A stretch of 64,000 nt of DNA from Vulcanimicrobiota bacterium. Its GTDB lineage: Bacteria > Vulcanimicrobiota > Vulcanimicrobiia > Vulcanimicrobiales > Vulcanimicrobiaceae. The stretch is taken from the NCBI GenBank assembly GCA_963771525.1, contig CAVYTL010000001.1, positions 202,457 through 266,456 of the forward strand, read 5' to 3'. This document shows, piece by piece, positions 58,373 through 64,000 of this stretch (the first letter of the stretch is position 1; the number at the start of each line of letters is the position of its first letter). The notes under the pieces were generated by a model. It was not told where the DNA came from and did no database searches. It saw only the letters and a program-made list of their open reading frames with translations. The position numbers were made by a program, and so were the translations under genes.

Positions 58373-59260
58373 GTGAAACTCAACACGGCGCTCGTGCAGT
58401 TCAAGCCGCGGAAGGGCGACGTCGCGGCCAACGTCGCGGCGATGCGCGATGTGTTCGCGCAGCTCGCGCCGAGCGCGCCCGACTTGATCGTGTTCCCGGA
58501 AGCCGCGCTGACGGGTTACTTCCTCGAAGGCGGCGTCTACGAGCTGGCCGTCGACGTGCCGACGATGGCGCAGCGCGTCGACGAACAGTGGCGCGCCGCC
58601 GGCGGCGGACGCGCGTGCGACGTGGTGATCGGATTCTACGAGAACGCGCGCGGGACGTTCCACAACAGCGCGATGTACGTCCGCTGCGGCGCGGCGGACG
58701 GGGTCCACGTCGTGCACGTGCACCGCAAGATGTTCTTGCCGACGTACGGCGTGTTCGACGAGGAACGGTTCCTCACGCGCGGGCGGCGGCTGTCGGCGTT
58801 CGAGACGCCGTTCGGAACGGCCGCGATCCTGATCTGCGAGGATGCGTGGCACGCGATCATGCCGACCGTCGCCGCGCTCAAGGGGGCGCGGCTGCTCATC
58901 GTGCCGAGCGCATCGCCTGGTCGCGGCTTGTGCGGCGGCGAGGAGCTCGAAAGCAACACGCGCTGGAAGATGCTGCTCGCATCCGCGGCCGCGGAGCACG
59001 GACTGTACGTCGTGTACGCCGGGCTCGCCGGCTTCGAGGGCGGCAAAGGGATGTCGGGCGGGACGTGCGCCGTCTCGCCGCGCGGCGACGTGCTGGAGTC
59101 GGCGGGGCCGCTCGAGGCGGCCATCGTCACGGTGCGGCTCGAGCCGCAAGAGGTCGATCTCGCGCGCGCAACGATCCCGCTGCTCGGCGACCTCTCGGCG
59201 GTGCTTCCCGATCTCTGGCTCGACGAGGAGATCCCCGTGGGCCGGCGGCTCGAAGAATGA
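58373..59260 (+). CDS. Nitrilase-fold amidohydrolase, probable glutaminase subunit of NAD synthetase
   Basis: E-K-C triad in FPEAAL, HRKMFLPTYGVFDE, ICED; ATGA-coupled to nadE. Confidence 0.88.
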   Translation: MKLNTALVQFKPRKGDVAANVAAMRDVFAQLAPSAPDLIVFPEAALTGYFLEGGVYELAVDVPTMAQRVDEQWRAAGGGRACDVVIGFYENARGTFHNSAMYVRCGAADGVHVVHVHRKMFLPTYGVFDEERFLTRGRRLSAFETPFGTAAILICEDAWHAIMPTVAALKGARLLIVPSASPGRGLCGGEELESNTRWKMLLASAAAEHGLYVVYAGLAGFEGGKGMSGGTCAVSPRGDVLESAGPLEAAIVTVRLEPQEVDLARATIPLLGDLSAVLPDLWLDEEIPVGRRLEE

Positions 59261-60114
59261 CGGCGACGGCGTACCGGATCATCGACGCGAAGCTCGACGA
59301 GCCGTCGCTCGCGATCGATCCCGCGCTGACCGCGCGCTGGCTGGAAGCGTTTCTGCGCGACGAAATGCTCGAGCGGCGCGGCGTCGGCAAAGCGATCCTC
59401 GGGCTGTCGGGCGGCATCGACAGCGCGCTTGTCGCGTACCTGTGTGCACGCGCGCTCGGGCCGGAGAACGTGTACGCGATCCGCATGCCGTACCGTACGT
59501 CGAGCCCCGACTCGCTGGCGGACGCGCAGCGCGTGATCGACGCGCTCGGCATCCGCGGCGAGACGATCGAGATCACCGGCGCCGTCGACGGCTACCTCGA
59601 GCGCGCGTCCGACGCGGACGCGCGGCGCAAGGGCAACGTGATGGCGCGCATGCGCATGCTGGTCCTGTTCGATCAGTCGGCGCGGCGGGGCGCGCTGCCG
59701 GTCGGCACCGGCAACAAGACGGAGCGTCTCATGGGCTACTTCACGTGGCACGCCGACGACACGCCGCCGGTGAACCCGATCGGTGACCTGTACAAGACGC
59801 AGGTGTGGGCGCTCGCGCGCCATCTCGGCGTTCCGCACGAGGTCGTCGACAAGCCGCCCAGCGCCGACCTCGAAGCGAACCAGACCGACGAAGGCGACCT
59901 GGGCATCACGTACGCGCTCGCCGACCGCATCTTGAACCTGATCCTGCTCGGCTACCGCGACGACGCGATCGTTGCGCGCGGGTTCGATCCGGCCGACGTG
60001 CGTCTCGTGCGCCGCCGCGTCGACTCGACGCATTGGAAGCGCCATCTGCCGACGACCGCGCTCGTATCGGCGACGGCGATCAACGAGTTCTACCTGCGTC
60101 CGGTGGACTTCTGA
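59257..60114 (+). CDS. nadE: NAD+ synthetase
   Basis: GLSGGIDSA, GNVMARMRM, GTGNKTE, PIGDLYKT, KPPSADL..QTDE. Confidence 0.97.
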   Translation: MTATAYRIIDAKLDEPSLAIDPALTARWLEAFLRDEMLERRGVGKAILGLSGGIDSALVAYLCARALGPENVYAIRMPYRTSSPDSLADAQRVIDALGIRGETIEITGAVDGYLERASDADARRKGNVMARMRMLVLFDQSARRGALPVGTGNKTERLMGYFTWHADDTPPVNPIGDLYKTQVWALARHLGVPHEVVDKPPSADLEANQTDEGDLGITYALADRILNLILLGYRDDAIVARGFDPADVRLVRRRVDSTHWKRHLPTTALVSATAINEFYLRPVDF

Positions 60115-60118
60115 CGCG

Positions 60119-60742
60119 ATGTCCACGGACGATCCGCTGCCGCCGAACGGCTTCTATCCGGTGAGTCTCAACCTCGTCGGACGGCGCTGCGTCGTGATCG
60201 GCGCCGACGATGACCGCGAAGCCGTCGAGAAGACGGCAGCGCTGCGCGAGGTCGGCGCGGACGTGCGCCGCATCGCGGACGGTTCGACGCTGCGCGACGA
60301 GGACGTCGCCGGCGCATTCTTCGTGATCTCCACGCCGCAGGACGAGGCGCTCTCGGCGCGGCTGCGCGCGCTCGCGGAGCGCCACCGCTTTTTGCTGTGC
60401 ACGATCGATCAGCCGCGCTACGGGTTCGTTGCGATGCAGGCGATCGCGAGCGCCGGCCCCGTGCGGATCGGCATCTCGACGGGCGGCGTCGCGCCGCGCG
60501 TCGGCCGGGCCTTGAAAGAAGCCCTGCAGCGCGCGCTCGACGCGAAGTTCGTGCGGTTCGTCGAGCGGCTCGCGGCGGAGAAGCGCCGGAACCGCACGCG
60601 CCTCGCCGGCGAGCCCGCGGCGCGCCGCGCCGCGATGATCGCGGCGGCCGAGGGCTTCGCGCTCGACGTGCGCGCGTCGTACCCGCCCTGGTTCGAGGAC
60701 GAGCTGCGCGACGGCGCGCCGCGCGAACGGATGGAGAGCTGA
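60119..60742 (+). CDS. Precorrin-2 dehydrogenase/sirohydrochlorin ferrochelatase-like (SirC/Met8p) protein
   Basis: YPVSLNLVGRRCVVIG, L...D.P, IGISTGGVAP. Confidence 0.78.
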   Translation: MSTDDPLPPNGFYPVSLNLVGRRCVVIGADDDREAVEKTAALREVGADVRRIADGSTLRDEDVAGAFFVISTPQDEALSARLRALAERHRFLLCTIDQPRYGFVAMQAIASAGPVRIGISTGGVAPRVGRALKEALQRALDAKFVRFVERLAAEKRRNRTRLAGEPAARRAAMIAAAEGFALDVRASYPPWFEDELRDGAPRERMES

Positions 60743-62007
60743 TGCCCTCGGTCGAGATCGTCACGATCGGAACCGAGATTTTGCTCGGCCACCTCGTCGA
60801 CACGAACAGCGCCTACGTCGCGCGCGCGCTCGCGGATCACGGCGTCGACGTCTACGCGAAGCATTCCGTCGGCGACAACGCCGACCGTCTCGCGGCGATG
60901 CTGGAAAGCGTGCTGAACCGCGCCGACGGCGCGATCACGACGGGCGGTCTCGGACCGACCGTCGACGATCTCACGAAGGACGCCGTCGCGCGCGCCGTCG
61001 GCGCGGCGCTCGATCTGCACGAGCCATCGCTGCGAGCGATCGAAGCGCGCTTTCGCGCGTTCGGGCGCACGATGACCGACAACAACCGCCGTCAGGCGTA
61101 TCTGCCCAAGGGCTGCGTCGTGCTCGACAACCCGCACGGCACCGCGCCCGGGTTCATTTCGCTGCGCGCCGACGGCAAGTTCGTCGCGTGCATGCCGGGC
61201 GTGCCGCGCGAGATGAAGCCGATGCTCGAGGAGAAGCTCGTCCCATGGCTGGTGCACCGGTTCGGCCTGCGTGAGGCGATCTACACGCGCACGCTGCACA
61301 CGGTCGGCATCGGCGAGTCGGAGCTCGACCGCCGCGTCGAAGATCTGTTCCGGACGCTCGAGAACCCGAAGATCGCGATGCTGGCACACGGATTTCGGGT
61401 GGACGTGAAGGTGATGGCGAAGGCGCGCAGCCGCGACGAAGCCGAGGCGCTGATCGCGCCCGTCGCATCGCAGCTGCGCGAGCGCATCGGCTCCGGTCAC
61501 TACGGCGACGACGACACGACGCTGGCGGGCGCGATCGTCGCGCGGCTGGCCGCGCACGGTCTCACGCTCGGCACCGCGGAGTCGTGCACCGGCGGAGCCG
61601 TCGCCGACGCGATCGTCGCGGTCGCCGGCGCCTCGTCCGCGTTTCGCGGTGCGATCGTCGCCTACGCCGACGACGTGAAGAGCGCGCTGCTCGACGTCCC
61701 CGACGCGACGCTGCGCTCGGCAGGCGCGGTGAGCGAGGGGACGGCCGTCGCGATGGCGCGCGGTGCGCGCGCGCGGCTTGGCGTCGACGTCGCGGTGTCG
61801 ACGACCGGCATCGCGGGACCCGACGGCGGGACGGCCGAGAAGCCGGTCGGGCTCGTGTGGTTCGCGCTCGCGTTCGGCGACGAGGTCGAGACGCGGCGCG
61901 TGACGTTTCCCGGCAACCGCGCCGACGTGCGCGATCGCGCAACCGTCGCGGCGCTCGGCTTGCTCTGGCGGCGGCTCGAGCGCGAAACGTCCGCCGCCGC
62001 GCGCTGA
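60742..62007 (+). CDS. cinA: CinA (MocF-like domain fused to NMN deamidase PncC)
   Basis: IGTEILLG..DTN, TTGGLGPT.DD.T, PGVPREM, AESCTGG, GAVS, TGIAGPDGG. Confidence 0.96.
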   Translation: MPSVEIVTIGTEILLGHLVDTNSAYVARALADHGVDVYAKHSVGDNADRLAAMLESVLNRADGAITTGGLGPTVDDLTKDAVARAVGAALDLHEPSLRAIEARFRAFGRTMTDNNRRQAYLPKGCVVLDNPHGTAPGFISLRADGKFVACMPGVPREMKPMLEEKLVPWLVHRFGLREAIYTRTLHTVGIGESELDRRVEDLFRTLENPKIAMLAHGFRVDVKVMAKARSRDEAEALIAPVASQLRERIGSGHYGDDDTTLAGAIVARLAAHGLTLGTAESCTGGAVADAIVAVAGASSAFRGAIVAYADDVKSALLDVPDATLRSAGAVSEGTAVAMARGARARLGVDVAVSTTGIAGPDGGTAEKPVGLVWFALAFGDEVETRRVTFPGNRADVRDRATVAALGLLWRRLERETSAAAR

Positions 62008-62097
62008 CCGGCTCCAGGAACGAGGACGGTGCGACCGAAACCGGTAAGGAACGCGCGGCTTTTGTGGCCGAGCGGTTCCGTGCTACGGGGATTTCGC

Positions 62098-64000
62098 ATG
62101 CGCTTCGGAGTGGGTGTTCTGGCCGCGATACTGCTCTCGACCGCGGTGGTCGCATGCGGAGGCGGAGGCGGCGGCGGCGGCACCGCAACCGGGGGAACCG
62201 TCCTGCCGACGCCGACGCCGCCGGTGCCCACGCCCACGGCGACGCCGAGCTCGTCGATCTCCTCGCTGAACGCAGGCGCCGCGCCGGCCTCGGCGTCCCT
62301 GGCCGCGATTGCCGCGGGACTGTCCGCAACCGCTGCCGTTCCGGCGTCGACATCCGGGTCCGGTACGATCGCGCTCGTCTTCAGCGCGTCGCCGTCGCCC
62401 GCGCCCGCTCTCCAAAGCATGGCGCGCGTACCGCAGAGCATCGGCGCGAGCGGCATCGCCGGAATCGCGTACGTCGCGTTCACGCCGAGCTCGACGATCG
62501 TATTCCCGAGCACACCGTCGTTCACGTTCACGGTCACCGGCACGACGCCGGTTCCGAATTCGAGCACGGGCTACGTCGCATTCTACGATCCGGGCTCGAC
62601 GTCGGGATGGACGACGCTGCTCGGTCCGGCGACGATCGGCGGCTCCGCGACGACGTGGACCTTCCCCGGCGCCTCGACTCCGCTCACCCTCAAGGGCGGG
62701 ACGACGTACGTCTTCGCGCTGTTCACCGCGGCCGGAGCCGTCGCCACGCCGACGCCGACGCCGACTCCATCGCCATCGCCGTCGCCGACTCCGGCACGCA
62801 CGCCGTCGCCGACACCCTCGCCCGTGGCGACCGCGACGCCGTCCCCCACCCCGACCGCGACGCCGACCGGAACGTCGTGTGCTGCGATACGGCACGTTGC
62901 GGGCGGGCGCCTCGCGCCGCGCGCCTCGGGCGGCATCGTCCCGAACCGGCTCTACGTCACGTACAAGGCCGGCGTGCGGAGCGCGGCGAGCGTCGAGCGC
63001 AACGCATCGGTCGTACGCGCGGTGGACTTGACGACCGCCGGCGTCGCGCACGAGGCGATCACGCTGGCGAGCGGCGCCGATGCAGCCGCGTTCGCGCAGT
63101 CGCTCGCGCGCGACGCCTCGGTGCAGAGCGTGAGCCGCATCCATTACCGCGGCATGCTCGCCGACGGCGTGGCCAACGACAAATATCTCGACAGCGTCGA
63201 CCAGTGGTACCTCTACAAGACGAACGTCGACGCGGGCGCGTGGGCGCTGACGCACGGCGGCAACGGCGTGTCGGTCGCCGTGATCGACACGGGCGTCGAC
63301 GAGACCAACCCGGACTTCGTGTTCGATTGGAAAGAGAGCGACGTGAACGGCGTGCGGACGACCGGCAACGGCAGCGTCCAAGACACGAACGGACACGGCA
63401 CGAGCACGGCCGGTTTCGCGACGGCGCAGACGAACAACACGTACGGCTTCGCGGGCGTCGGCTGGTCGACGCACCTGCAGGCGTACAAAATCTTCCCGGA
63501 CGCGACGGCCACCAGCGACTGTCAGGAGGCCGACACGGCCGACGAGGCGACCGCGATCAACGACGCCGTCGCGCACGGCGCGTCGGTGATCAGCCTGAGC
63601 CTCGGCTCGCCGCAGAGCTCCGGCAGCGATCCGGCCGAAAAGAACGCCGTCGAAGCGGCGATTTCGGCCGGCGTCACGGTCGTCGCTGCGAACGGCAACG
63701 AGTACGGCGACGGGACGACCGACGGCAACCAGTCGGACTATCCCGCCGCGTATCCGGGCGTCATCGCGGTCGGCGCATCGGCGGTCGGCACGCACAGCGC
63801 GAACGTGTACTCATCGATCGCCAACGAAACGGTCGCGAGCTACTCGAACTCGGGTCCGACGCTGGTCGCGCCGGGCGGCGATCCCGGCAGCGATCAGGGC
63901 AGCGACTTCTTGCTCTGGATCGAAGGCTACTCGACGACGACCGCGGCGTACCAGCCGGATCAATGCTCGGATTCCGGCGGCGTGTGCCGCGCGCTGTGGG
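62098..64000 (+). CDS. S8 subtilisin-like serine protease lipoprotein, runs off window end
   Basis: Absent from the ORF track (no stop). Lipobox VVAC then Gly run; Pro/Thr linkers; catalytic Asp VAVIDTGVD, His NGHGTSTAG, AANGN, PAAYPGVIAVGA. Confidence 0.9.
   Translation, partial: MRFGVGVLAAILLSTAVVACGGGGGGGGTATGGTVLPTPTPPVPTPTATPSSSISSLNAGAAPASASLAAIAAGLSATAAVPASTSGSGTIALVFSASPSPAPALQSMARVPQSIGASGIAGIAYVAFTPSSTIVFPSTPSFTFTVTGTTPVPNSSTGYVAFYDPGSTSGWTTLLGPATIGGSATTWTFPGASTPLTLKGGTTYVFALFTAAGAVATPTPTPTPSPSPSPTPARTPSPTPSPVATATPSPTPTATPTGTSCAAIRHVAGGRLAPRASGGIVPNRLYVTYKAGVRSAASVERNASVVRAVDLTTAGVAHEAITLASGADAAAFAQSLARDASVQSVSRIHYRGMLADGVANDKYLDSVDQWYLYKTNVDAGAWALTHGGNGVSVAVIDTGVDETNPDFVFDWKESDVNGVRTTGNGSVQDTNGHGTSTAGFATAQTNNTYGFAGVGWSTHLQAYKIFPDATATSDCQEADTADEATAINDAVAHGASVISLSLGSPQSSGSDPAEKNAVEAAISAGVTVVAANGNEYGDGTTDGNQSDYPAAYPGVIAVGASAVGTHSANVYSSIANETVASYSNSGPTLVAPGGDPGSDQGSDFLLWIEGYSTTTAAYQPDQCSDSGGVCRALW

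Noticed and set aside
62745-62868. Pro/Thr codon repeats (also the PEPEP tract at about 6830-7330) as DNA repeat elements
   Set aside because: Synonymous variation shows these are protein low-complexity linkers

Overview
Very GC-rich, gene-dense bacterial window with many ATGA/GTGA-coupled genes. The gene content suggests a Terrabacteria-type soil organism, possibly Eremiobacterota/Vulcanimicrobiota; this is inference only. In order: (1) 0-20 kb, late flagellar genes flaG-fliD-fliS-fliT-like behind a sigma28-type promoter, an ExeA-like ATPase operon and a CDP-deoxysugar glycosylation island with unusual strand interleaving; (2) 20-33 kb, the rpsB-tsf-pyrH-frr-uppS-cdsA-dxr-rseP-ispG cluster, interrupted between tsf and pyrH by a 1134-aa unknown protein; (3) 33-48 kb, a PaoABC-type molybdo-oxidoreductase, a multicopper oxidase with a cupredoxin-like partner, a LytS/LytTR pair, a class I aldolase homologue lacking its catalytic residues, and transport/housekeeping genes; (4) 48-64 kb, proS, M16 peptidase, Amj flippase, a GT-C/GtrA operon, an lpdA-like gene, a two-subunit NAD synthetase, cinA and a truncated S8 lipoprotein protease. 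I recognised no tRNA, rRNA, CRISPR or transposase. Main observations: head-to-head rfbG/rfbC genes with overlapping start codons inside a strand-interleaved block flanked by converging sigma28-like promoters; a 23-bp repeat (GTCATCCTGAGCTYGTCGAAGGG) found only within reading frames, at four loci; a pseudo-aldolase; and a recurrent RRRA-N16-CGAA motif about 10 nt before start codons. Two single-base frameshifts may be sequencing errors.
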